From Macrostomum lignano (taxonomy: Eukaryota), in assembly GCA_002269645.1 (NCBI GenBank), contig NIVC01003617.1, forward strand, positions 1 to 64,000: 64,000 nucleotides of DNA. Direction: 5' to 3'. The notes below the pieces were generated by a model, which did no database searches, had not been told where the DNA came from, and worked only from the letters and a program-made list of their open reading frames with translations. This document shows, piece by piece, positions 15,001 to 26,880 of this stretch. The first letter of the stretch is position 1. Each line of letters opens with the position of its first letter. Both the position numbers and the translations under genes were made by a program.

Positions 15001-18000
15001 TGATTTTTACATGACGCTTCTATGATTTTTACATGACGCTTCTATGATTTTTACATGACGCTTCTATGATTTTTTACATGACGCTTCCATGTTTTTTTAC
15101 ATGACACTTCTATGATTTTTTCATGACGCTTCTATGATTTTTACATGACGCTTCCATGATTTTTTACATGACACTTCTATGATTTTTACATGACGCTTCT
15201 ATGATTTTTACATGATGCTTCTATGATTTTTTACATGACGCTTCTATGATTGTTTACATGACGCTTCTATGATTGTTTACATGACGCTTCTATGATTTTT
15301 TACATGACGCTTCTATGATTGTTTACATGACGCTTCTATGATTTTTTACATGACGCTTCTATGATTGTTTACATGACGCTTCTATGATTTTTTACATGAC
15401 GCTTCTATGATATTTTCATGACGCTTCTATGATTTTTTATATGACGCTTCTATGATATTTTCATGACGCTTCCACGATTTTTTACATGACGCTTCTATGA
15501 TTTTTACATGATGCTTCTACAATTTCTGCAGTACGCTTCTATGATGTTTTACATGACGCTTCTATGATTTTTTACATGACGCTTCTATGATTTTTACATG
15601 ATGCTTCTATGACTTTTTACATGACGCTTCTATGATTTATACATAATGCTTCTACGATTTCTGCAGGACGCTTCTATGCTTTTTATATGACGATTCTATG
15701 ATTTTTACATGACACTTCTATGATTTTTACATGACGTTTCTATGATTTTTACATGACGCTTCTATGATTTTTTCATGACGCTTCTATGATTTTTACATGA
15801 CGCTTCCATGATTTTTTACATGACACTTCTATGATTTTTTGCATGACGCTTCCATGATTTTTTTATGACGCTTCTGTGATTGTTTATATGACGCTTCTAT
15901 GCTTTTTATATGACGCTTCTATGATTGTTTACATGACGCTTCTATGCTTTTTATATGACGATTCTATGATTTTTACATGACGCTTCTATGATTTTTTACA
16001 TGACGCTTCCATGATTTTTTACATGACACTTCTATGATTTTTTCATGACGCTTCTATGATTTTTACATGACGCTTCCATGATTTTTTACATGACACTTAT
16101 ATGATTTTTTGCATGACGCTTCCATGATTTTTTCATGACGCTTCTATGATTGTTTACATGACGCTTCTATGCTTTTTATATGACGATTCTATGATTTTTA
16201 CATGACGTTTCTATGATTTTTCCATGACGCTCCTATGTTTTTTTCATGACGCTTCTATGATTTTTTTCATGACGCTTCTATGATTTTTTACATGACGCTT
16301 CTATGCTTTTTACATGACGCTTCTATGATTATTTCATGACGCTTCTACGATATCTGCAGGACGCTTCTATGATTGTTTACATGACGCTTCTATGATTTTT
16401 ACATGACGCTTCTATGATTTTTTCATGACGCTTCTATGATTTTTTACATGACGCTTCCATGATTTTTTACATGACACTTTTATCATTTTTTCATGACGCT
16501 TCTATGATTTTTACATGACGCTTCTATGATTTTTACATGACGCTTCTATGATTTTTACATGACGCTTCTATGATTTTTACATGACGCTTCTATGTTTTTT
16601 ACATGACACTTCTATGATTTTTTCATGACGCTTCTATGATTTTTACATGACGCTTCCATGATTTTTTACATGACACTTCTATGATTTTTACATGACGCTT
16701 CTATGATTTTTACATGATGCTTCTATGATTTTTTACATGACGCTTCTATGATTGTTTACATGACGCTTCTATGATTTTTTACATGACGCTTCTATGATTG
16801 TTTACATGACGCTTCTATGATTTTTTACATGACGCTTCTATGATATTTTCATGACGCTTCTACGATTTTTTACATGACGCTTCTATGATTTTTACATGAC
16901 TTCTACGATTTTGCAGACGCTTCTATGATTTTTTACATGACGCTTCTATGATTTTTTACATGACGCTTCTATGATTTTTACATGATGCTTCTATGATTTT
17001 TTACATGACGCTTCTATGATTTTTACATAATGCTTCTACATTTCTGCAGGACGCTTCTATGATTTTTTCATGACGCTCCTATGATTTTTTCATGACGCTT
17101 CCATGATTTTTTACATGACGCTTCTATGATTTTTTACATGACGCTTCTATGATTTTTTACATGACACTTCTATGATTTTTCATGACGCTTCTATGATTTT
17201 TACATGACGCTTCCATGATTTTTTACATGACACTTCTATGATTTTTTGCATGACGCTTCTATGATTGTTTACATGACGCTCCTATGATTGTTTACATGAC
17301 GCTTCTATGATTTTTACATGATGCTTCTATGATTGTTTACATGACGCTTCTATGATTTTTTACATGACGCTTCTATGATTGTTTACATGACGCTTCTATG
17401 ATTTTTTACATGACGCTTCTATGATTGTTTACATGACGCTTCTATGATTTTTTACACGACGCTTCTATGATATTTTCATGACGCTTCTATGAATTTTTAC
17501 ATGACGCTTCTATGATATTTTCATGACGCTTCCACGATTTTTTACATGACGCTTCTATGATTTTTACATGATGCTTCTACGATTTCTGCAGGACGCTTCT
17601 ATGATGTTTTACATGACGCTTTTATGATGTTTTACATGACGCTTCTATGATTTTTTACATGACGCTTCTATGATTTTTTACATGACGCTTCTATGATTGT
17701 TTACATGACGCTTCTATGATATTTTCATGACGCTTCCACGATTTTTTACATGACGCTTCTATGATTTTTACATGATGCTTCTACGATTTCTGCAGGACGC
17801 TTCTATGATTTTTTACATGACACTTCTATGATTTTTTACATGACGCTTCTATGATTTTTACATGATGCTTCTATGATTTTTTACATGACGCTTCTATGAT
17901 TTTTACATAATGCTTCTACAATTTCTGCAGGACGCTTCTATGATTTTTTCATGACGCTTCTATGATTTTTTACATGACGCTTCTATGATTTTTTACATGA

Positions 18001-18947
18001 CACTTCTATGATTTTTTCATGACGCTTCTATGATTTTTACATGACGCTTCCATGATTTTTTACATGACACTTCTATGATTTTTTGCATGACGCTTCTATG
18101 ATTTTTACATGATGCTTCTATGATTTTTTACATGACGCTTCTATGATTGTTTACATGACGCTTCTATGATTTTTTACATGATGCTTCTATGATTGTTTAC
18201 ATGACGCTTCTATGATTTTTTACATGACGCTTCTATGATTGTTTACATGATGCTTCTATGATTTTTTACATGACGCTTCTATGATTTTTACATAATGCTT
18301 CTACAATTTCTGCAGGACGCTTCTATGATTTTTTCATGACGCTCCTATGATTTTTTCATGACGCTTTTATGATTTTTTACATGACGCTTCTATGATTTTT
18401 TACATGACGCTTCTATGATTTTTTACATGACACTTCTATGATTTTTTCATGACGCTTCTATGATTTTTACATGACGCTTCCATGATTTTTTACATGACAC
18501 TTCTATGATTTTTTGCATGACGCTTCTATGATTTTTACATGACGCTTCTATGATTTTTTACATGACGCTTCTATGATTGTTTACATGACGCTTCTATGAT
18601 TTTTTACATGATGCTTCTATGATTGTTTACATGACGCTTCTATGATTTTTTACATGACGCTTCTATGATTGTTTACATGACGCTTCTATGATTTTTTACA
18701 TGACGCTTCTATGATTGTTTACATGACGCTTCTATGATTTTTTACATGACGCTTCTATGATATTTTCATGACGCTTCCACGATTTTTTACATGACGCTTC
18801 TATGATTTTTACATGATGCTTCTACGATTTCTGCAGGACGCTTCTATGATTTTTTACATGACGCTTCTATGATTTTTTACATGACGCTTCTATGATTTTT
18901 ACATGATGCTTCTATGATTTTTTACATGACGCTTCTATGATTTTTTA
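1..18947. repeat. Satellite array, 22-bp monomer ATGACGCTTCTATGATTTTTAC (roughly 850 copies; continues beyond window start)
   Basis: Direct reading: period 22 (e.g. 3661 atgacgcttctatgatttttac|atgacg...). Almost invariant at ~4150-10050, variant monomers on both flanks, abrupt end at ~18947 into unique AT-rich DNA. Confidence 0.99.
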
Positions 18948-19434
18948 GTTTTCTTCTTGGTGTTAAAAAGCTTTAATTAAAAAAATTCCACTCTCTCAAA
19001 ATTCGAACCATCGTCCCTGCATTTAGCAGTCAGTCTGTTTACCTCTAGGCTAGCTCTCATCGTTTTGATAACATGAATTTTAGCACTTATAATTATAAGT
19101 TTCAAAACTCCAAGCATGGAGTAAATCACACGAGGCAGTTATTACATAATCAATTTCTCAGTCAGTCAGTATCAGTTAACAATATGGTTACGCAATTTAA
19201 ATCAAGTCTGGTGCTACGCTTCCACACTGCATTTTCAATTCAAGTCAGAGTTACAATTCAGTTATGATGCAATCTATTTCAGAATCAGAATTCAACCAGT
19301 CAGTTTTTTCTCTAGCATTCTTACAATGCATTTCAAGTCGAAAAGTTTGCTTGACCTTTGCAAAAAAGCATGTTTTTCGAATATTTAATGCCTTTAGCAT
19401 CGAGCAATTTCTTAGCCACGATGAATGTACAGTC

Positions 19435-19552
19435 ACGGGAAAATTTCTGATCGAACAGTGCAAGTTCGAACAAAATCGGTCCAGCCATTTTTTCTCTAAT
19501 CGATCACATAGATAGATAGATAGACACAGACAGACCATTTTTAGTATATTGG
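19435..19552 (+). mobile_element. Possible 3' part of a non-autonomous Helitron/Helentron-like (HINE/DINE-type) element
   Basis: aaaatcggtccagccatt followed by a (GATA)n/(GACA)n microsatellite and tttagtatat, an arrangement I associate with such elements. 5' end not located. Confidence 0.35.
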
Positions 19553-21345
19553 AAGTAGTGGCATTTCCCAGGGACCAAGGGTGTCTAGCTGTAGGTTTCT
19601 AGTTAGTTCATACTTCCTTTTTACTTTTGTGCCTATTACCTAGGCATAATTCTATTTGAGCTTGTACAGCTTCTTAATATTTCTATTCCTAGACCTTTAT
19701 GACCTTGGTAATTCCCTATTCCAAATTCATATTCTGGGCCTTAACAACCTTGGTAACTCCCTATTACCTAAAATAAATAAAATTCTAAAGCTTGAATTTT
19801 AAAAATCAATTGACTGCCTAACTAGCAGGGTTGGGAATAGTTATAATTTGAGCTCTTCTAGTTAGTTACTTAGTTAATGACAGCTAAACAATAAAAAATA
19901 ACCGCACAACAAATATAATAAATACTTTATAAAACATTTTATCTTTCTAATATCTATTTTGTTAATTAGGCCCTAGGCATATATCCTTAATTTTGAAAAA
20001 TCAATTTAATTTAATTGCTGTATAGAGATGCCCTACATAAGAATTTTGTCTGTGGATTGCTCTAGGCAATGAGTCATCAGCTTCATAGGAATTTTTGTGT
20101 TACATTGGATGTTTTTTGTCATTTAGGACATCTCTGAAAACAATCAAAGCATTTCAATGAAGATTTCAAGAAATTGGGCTACTTTTCCATAGACAAACCT
20201 CACTTATTTTCTTACTTAAATTTACCATAGGCTTAGGCCTAGTAAAGATACCTTCTTTTCTTACTGTGAATAAAGCAAACTTTTTTCTAATGAGGCTATA
20301 TTTGCACTGACGAACTTCACTTACTTAGATGAATTTGAAGTCACATTCTCTAAAAATTTATTATAGGCCTACCTAGACACTCATTCTCTTCCCCTTGAAT
20401 GCTATATAGTTTTGCATATGCTGGCAAATGAATTTGAACTCACTTTTGATGAATCCAAAGTTAAAAAGGTATATTAACTACAGTATAATACATATTAATA
20501 TACATTTTCAAATGCAACAATTGGTAAGATCAGACATAGTAGATATTTCAACCATAGGCCTAGAGTACACTTTTATATTTATGAATATTTGCTTGGTTTT
20601 TAATAAAGATAAGGCCAACAAAACTATAGATAATAATAAAATGCCTGTGGCTAGGGTCAGATAAAATTTTGATTGATAATTTGTCATCAAGATCTTGGCC
20701 ATTTTCTCAATCTCGAACTTGGTTTTGAAATCTAAAGAAACAAGTCAAGATTTCTAACTATAATCTAAGTAACTATTTGTGACTATGATTATTATATTTA
20801 TGTTTGATAATTATCAAGTTATTAACAAGGTCAATATTAGGCCTAAATAATCACTGCACATTTCCTTTCATCATCATTGGCATTGTACACATATAACAAA
20901 TAACATTATTATTTATTATCATTGAATTGAAAGCAGATAGAGTAGGCCCCTGTTGCAGGCGTGTCGGGGAAGTCGAGGAAATCCCACACATTTAAGCCAC
21001 AGTTGGGGTCGGACAATTTTCAAGATTGTCAAGACTCGATAGATATCTATTACTGTCAAGTGGGCCTATTTATTTACAACGTATTCATTTCAAGGTCGAT
21101 TGACATTCAGATTCACATTCAAATTTTAACAAGATTACTTAGATTATTTCTCAACGGAGGGTCTCCCTAAAACACGCCCCGCACCGCCCTGCAGCGCTAC
21201 ACATTAAAACAAATTGGACTATAACTGAAGACACTTCAAAATGCGTTTTCTGTTAAGCTTTAAAGTTTTTATTAAATTTAGTTTCTTAAATTCGAAATAT
21301 AAAATTCGGTGACTAATAAGTGATATTAATAGTAATATTACAGCC

Positions 21346-21390
21346 CAAGGACGACTTAAGTAGTTAAGTCGTCCACTTAAGTCGTCCTTG
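21346..21390. mobile_element. 45-bp hairpin mini-insertion with 15-bp perfect TIRs and 9-bp TSD
   Basis: CAAGGACGACTTAAG (21346-21360) / CTTAAGTCGTCCTTG (21376-21390), flanked by ATTACAGCC at 21337-21345 and 21391-21399. Confidence 0.75.
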
Positions 21391-21410
21391 ATTACAGCCC
21401 TGTTGACACG

Positions 21411-21671
21411 GAGCCTCTTCACGGCAATCGATTCCAGAACCAGAATCGGTTCGGATTTCCAAGAAAAAAAGCAGTATAACTATTTAACTTTGTTGAATGT
21501 TTGACTGCCTTAACAGCCTCACTTTGCACAATTTTTCACTTTTTTTTGGCTATTGCCATTCAATAATCACAATTTTAAAGCACTAATATCCCTCTAGTTT
21601 AGGAGACAAAAAGTTTTACTTTACAAATTGGTTCTGGTTCTAGAACCAGAACAAGCAATATGAAGAGCCTC
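21411..21671. mobile_element. ~260-bp MITE-like insertion
   Basis: Imperfect 11-bp TIRs GAGCCTCTTCA / TGAAGAGCCTC, candidate 3-bp TSD ACG, subterminal AGAACCAGAA motifs at both ends. Absent from the corresponding position near the right end of the large element. Confidence 0.55.
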
Positions 21672-22899
21672 ACGGATAAAGCCAAATTGAACATGATCGC
21701 TGACCGCCTTTAAGGCTGTTGCGAACAAGTTCTGTGTTCAAAGATTATGTTCGCAAGGCCTACTAAAGCCAACTAATATATTCAATCGGCTGGTAAAATT
21801 GCCGTCGATTTAAAATGAGCTAGGGGCCTAGACTATTATAGTTTTAGGCTAGGGTAAGGTTAAGTACAAGAGTCGTTACAGTTTAATACTAAGCCATTTC
21901 ATTATTGTTAAGCATTAGCAAGTAGTTAATATTTACTAGGCTTAGACACAACTGGACTAATTGACTAATAGGCCTAGTTCAAAAAGCTACCTTTGATATC
22001 AAGCAACTAGGCCTATTTCATTGTTAGAATTGAATTGCACTGTAAAATATAGTAAATATAGGCCAATGCAATTGACTTGTTCTGGTCTACTTTAGAATGA
22101 CAGGGATATATTATCTTTAGTTAAAAAGCTAGGATAGGCTATTAATGACTAGATATAAGTTGATAAGTTCTTTCTAATCTATATCTGGGCTTCTTGCCAT
22201 TTTGGTTGAAATTTATAGAGCCTAGGCCTATATAGCATATGCTAGGCCTATGACTAGTATAGCCTATTGGTTTTTATTGTAGCCATATAAAGGTAGGACA
22301 GACTAGGTCTAATCAAGTGTTATATATTATATGGACATATAGCTCATAGTCATATAGCTAGGTAGCTACTTTAGGCTATAAAAAGTTTAAATGTTATTAA
22401 TATTAGTGCTAGTAAATTATTTGTAGGGCCTATATTAAACAATTATAGTTCTAATTCTAGTATACCATATAATAAACATTTAAAATATTTTTTCGGTATA
22501 AGCCTAGTCTATTACTTTGTCTTTCATTAAAAAATTGAATAAAAAAGTTTTGCCTACTAAGCCCAAGGCTTAGCTAGGCTAGGCCCTATTATTCTTTTGA
22601 AATAATCTTTTATGACTATCTTACCTAGTTAGACTAGGCTAGTTTACCCCACTCAGTCTACTCTAATAAGGCTTCTCTATCTAGGTTATTTTTCTTTGGC
22701 TAGCCTTTATAATTATCCCTTAGGCTTAAGGGTGGATCTAAAAAAATTGTAGGAGACAAACTATACTAAGAAACTATAACCTAAAATTAGAAAATAGACC
22801 TTGGCCAAAATATATGACCTAGAGTTTTTTATCCATAGTTAAGGGAGATATCATGGCTATGGCCCCTTGGGACCCTTGGATCTATCCTTGCTATCTCTT

Positions 22900-24545
22900 C
22901 TAGGTAGCCTTTCTAGGCACTCCCCTCTAGACTATCTAGGCCATCTATTCTAGGCTATTCTTCTTAGGTAGTCCTTCTAGGCTGTCTTTCCTAGGTAGCC
23001 CTCCTAGACAGCTCCTCTAGGCTATCTCTCCTACTTTACCTTTCCCAGACAGCCCTATTAGGCTATCCCTCTATGGCTACCCTTCCTATTCAACCCCTTA
23101 GGCTTCCTCTTATTCTACCTCTCCCATTCTACTACTCCCAGACTATCCCTCCCAGACTACCCCTCCCGTTCTACCCTTCCCAGGCAGCCCTCCCATTCTA
23201 CCCCTCCCAGGCTACCTTTCCTAGGCTACCCTTCCCAGGCTACCTTTCCTAGGCTACCCTTCCCAGGCTACCTCTCCAATTCTACCCTTCCCAGGCTACC
23301 TCTCCCATTCTACCCTTCCCAGGCTACCTTCCCATTCTACCCCTCCCATGCTACCCTTCCCAGGCTACCCCTCCCAGGCTACCCTTCCCAGGCTACCCCT
23401 CCCAGGTTACCCTTCCCAGGCTACCCTTCCAATTCTACCCTTCCCAGGCTACCTCTCCCATTCTACCCTTCCCAGGCTACCTCTCCCATTCTACCCTTCC
23501 CAGGCTACCCTCCCATTCTACCCCTCCCATGCTACCCTTCCCAGGCTACCCCTCCCAGGCTACCCTTCCCAGGCTACCCCTCCCAGGCTACCCTTCCCAG
23601 GCTACCCTTCCAATTCTACCCTTCCCAGGCTACCTCTCCCATTCTACCCTTCCCAGGCTACCTCTCCCATTCTACCCTTCCCAGGCTACCCTCCCATTCT
23701 ACTCCTCCCATGCTACCCTTCCCAGGCTACCCCTCCCAGGCTACCCTTCCCAGGCTACCCCTCCCAGGCTACCCTTCCCAGGCTACCCTTCCAATTCTAC
23801 CCTTCCCAGGCTACCTCTCCCATTCTACCCCTCCCAGGCTACCCTTCCCAGGCTACCTCTCCCAGGCAATCCTTCCTGGCTACCCTTCCCAGGCTAGCCC
23901 TCCCAGGATAACCATCCGAGGATACCCTTCCCAGTGAGCTCTCAGCTCTCCCAAGCTACCCCGTCCAGTTTACCCCTCCCACTATACCCTTCCCAAGCTA
24001 CTTCTCCTATGCAACCCTCCCAGGCTATCCCCTCCTATGCAACTCTCCCAGGCTACCCCTTCCATCACAACCTCTTCCAGGCTCTCTCCCAGGCTACCCG
24101 TCCTAATCAAACCATCAGGCTCCTCTTTCCTACTCTTCCCCTCCTACTCTTCCCCTTCTACTCTACCCCTCCCAGGCGAACCTTCCCAGGCAGCCCTCCC
24201 AGCCTACCCCTCCTAGGCAGCCCTCCCTGCCTACCCCTCCCAGGCAGCGCTCCGAGACTACCCACCCCTCCCAGGCAGCCCTCCCAGCCTACCCCTCCCA
24301 GCCTACCCCTCCCAGCGTACCCCTCCCAGCGTACGCCTCCCAGCCAACCCCTCCTAGGCAGCCCTCCCTGCCTACCCCTCCCAGGCAGCGCTCCGAGACT
24401 ACCCCTCCTACTCTACCACTCCCAGGCAGCCCTTCAAGGCTACTCCTCCCAGGCTATCCTTCCCAGGCTACCTCTCCCAAAACCCCTTCCTGACTACTCC
24501 TCCCAGGCTACCCCTTCCATGGCAACCACTTCCAGGCTATCTCCC
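22900..24545 (+). repeat. C/T-rich minisatellite, 14-bp basic unit (CCCAGGCTACCCTT) with a 181-bp higher-order repeat
   Basis: Direct reading; identical ORF starts recur at 23348, 23529 and 23710 (181-bp spacing). Confidence 0.93.
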
Positions 24546-24807
24546 ACTGTGCCCCTGTGTACTGTCTCCATTTATGTTCGAAACTGAGAAGATTGTTTCG
24601 TTTTGGTATTATTTAAAAAGATAATGCATCATTATTTACTTCAGACGCTTCACTCTCATTATTTCTGGTGCGTACATGCGAGTCAGCTAACGCTGACGCC
24701 GCACTTAGTATTCGGCTTTCCAACGGGGAACTGTGCGTTTATGAAAGCCATTTAGGATTTGGGATGCCAGAAAAGAAATTCTATTTTGCAAGGATCCGAT
24801 GAATGCT

Positions 24808-24977
24808 GCCGCTTCGGCTGCAGTGACCACCGGCTCAAGCGGAGGCGATCGCAGGACTGTTTGCTGCCTGCCGCTTCGGCTGAAGTGACCGCCGGCTCAA
24901 GCGGAGGACGATCGCAGGACTGTTTGCTGCCTGCCGCTTCGGCTGAAGTGACCGCCGGCTCAAGCGGAGGACGATCG
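24808..24977 (+). repeat. 63-bp GC-rich tandem repeat, ~3 copies (inner end of left arm)
   Basis: gccgcttcggc recurs at 24808, 24870 and 24933. Confidence 0.95.
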
Positions 24978-25779
24978 CTGCTCGCGTGCTGTCATCCGGT
25001 TCCGCGAGGACCTTAACGAACAGTGGCATAGTGAGGGTTATTTAATAAACTATGGTTATGACCTGAACGATTGTCTGAAGTGATGCGTGTTTGTGTGACT
25101 CACACCCTGGCGATGCGCAGTCCTGTACCAGCAGCGGTTTGTAGTTGCTGTGTAGCTGCAGTTTCTGCGGGCAGCTCTATGTTGCGCGCATTACTTCAGT
25201 TGGTTTTGCGTAGCTGCATAAAGTTATTCTATCCAAGCGGCTCATCACCTTTGCGTTTATTGAGAGCTGTAAGTTTTTTGTCCTAATAGCAAATAAAAAA
25301 AGCATTTTTCTCGATCGATGTCACCCCGGTAATTTGGCTGTTGCGCCACGCATTTTCGCGCATATTTGGAAGTGTCCGAAGTCGCCCAAGTATTTTTCAC
25401 TTCGCGTTACACTTATTTCAGAAATTTCGCTCGCGCAAAAGAATTGACCAGATCGCAAGTCGCAGAGTTTGAAGTTTGGATCGCGGCGGCCTGAAAATTC
25501 TCTTATTCTGCTCAAAATGTTAAACTATCCTTAGCTAATGGCAAACTATCCACATAGTCTGGCTTATTTGCTACCTCAAGTAAGCTAGGTTTAAAAATAT
25601 CATTAAAGTTGGGTTGCATGAACAAGCGCGCACTAGCAAAAGCAAGCACGGCTAGAATGGAGATTAGCACAAGAGCGTATTGACACTGACGCAAGTATTT
25701 CACCTACATGTACATGTATGCTCAATCATGAATAAGTGCCAGTATGCACACGAGTATGTTTGACTTAGCTGCAGAGGGC

Positions 25780-26390
25780 ATCACCGAGGCGCAGGGGTGG
25801 GGGCCCCAGCTGGGCCCGGTCCAGAAGCGCGCCGGCGGAGCCAGCCTTGCCGAGATGGAAACCATAACATCGTGGGCCGGGATCCGCTTGAGCTCCACCT
25901 GGTTGCCCAGCGCAAGCCCATGGAGCCGGGCGTTGCAGTCCAGGGACAGATCTGGAGTTGGTGGTGCTGCAGCAGACGGCCAGAATGGTTGCTTGGCTGT
26001 CGGAGTGAAAAATAAATTTCTGACTGCAAGCTAAACTGCCTTCGACGCAGCTCTGCCACACAGAAGCTGATGGCAAGCACCTCGCTCTGAAAAACACTGT
26101 AATTGAGTCCCAGTGTGCTGCCATTAGGTAGTGATGTAACCGCACTTGTCGCCTGTCCGCTCCGTTGAGGGACGAACGCATGACTAGAGGGGGGCAATGA
26201 CCGTAGGCTGCCTTGACCGGGCAATGACCTGACGGACCTCCAGCACCAGACTGTCCCGCCCACATGCAGATTGATAGCTTTGGTAGCGCTTCGTGACCAG
26301 AGGGCCAAGGACCCACATGGACCCCACCTGTAGCCAAGGTGCAATAGTTGGTCTCTCGGTCATAGTATGACCGAGTGGCTGCCACCACTC
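25780..26390 (-). pseudogene. Frameshifted RNase H domain remnant of a non-LTR retrotransposon (R1/LOA/I-like)
   Basis: Motifs split over frames: GQSGAG, VFQSEVLAI (cf. VFQAEVxAI), IFHSDSQATILAV (cf. IFSDSQAAL). Confidence 0.75.
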
Positions 26391-26539
26391 TATGTGACCT
26401 GGCGCACCTGGATCTTACTACCAGACCTCTCGAGGCTAGAGCCCCGCCTTGGTTGGTTACCAGGGGATTTAGGCTAACAGGGGAGACACATGCAGCCGAG
26501 TTACAGGGAACTCTGCTTGGGGCATGATCGGGAAATCTG

Positions 26540-26880
26540 GGCTCAATCTGGAGGATTTCTCAGCAGGGGATCCTTTTGTGGCTGTGAGCGAGGCTGACTT
26601 GCGACTTTGATTACTATCGAGTAGTATGAGGCGAACATGTACTGTCTATGGTTTAGATTGCTCAGGGCGAAGGGACGCGTCAGCATGGGGTTGCAACCTT
26701 CCTACTGCCATTCTGTGCCAAGACTCGCTGATTCCCTCTATACTGCATGCAACACACGGACCCGCAGCACGCACTCACAGGCGGACTTTGCACGGGGAGA
26801 GGCCATTAGCTTACCCAAACTTCCTTATGCTTCGCCACCCCGGGAGAAAGGCTTAGCAAGCCATGGGTGAAATGATGGTG
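26540..26880 (+). pseudogene. Degenerate APE-endonuclease remnant of an RTE-like LINE
   Basis: VAVSEADLR, then CSGRRD / QHGVATFLL across a frameshift, resembling the GLSEVRW ... SGRED..HxHGVG motifs. Confidence 0.4.

Larger units (their letters stand above)
21676..24995 (+). repeat. Left long inverted-repeat arm (~3.3 kb)
   Basis: Reverse complement of 31453-35194, e.g. 21676 ataaagccaaattgaacatgatcgctgaccgcc vs 35163-35194, and 24551-24810 vs 31765-32025. Confidence 0.97.

Noticed and set aside
1-18947. CRISPR array or telomere
   Set aside because: Head-to-tail monomers with no unique spacers, no cas genes, eukaryotic context, and not a G-rich telomeric unit.
23348-24587. Proline-rich proteins (LPFPGYPSQATLPRL repeats)
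   Set aside because: The ORFs occur in several frames of a stop-poor 14-bp minisatellite and are not preserved in the mirrored arm.
24759-25016. Duplicated small protein MGCQKRNS... (also 31432-31815 on the minus strand)
   Set aside because: It starts at a TTG, consists of the 63-bp VNTR (a multiple of 3) and has other open frames; no coding evidence.
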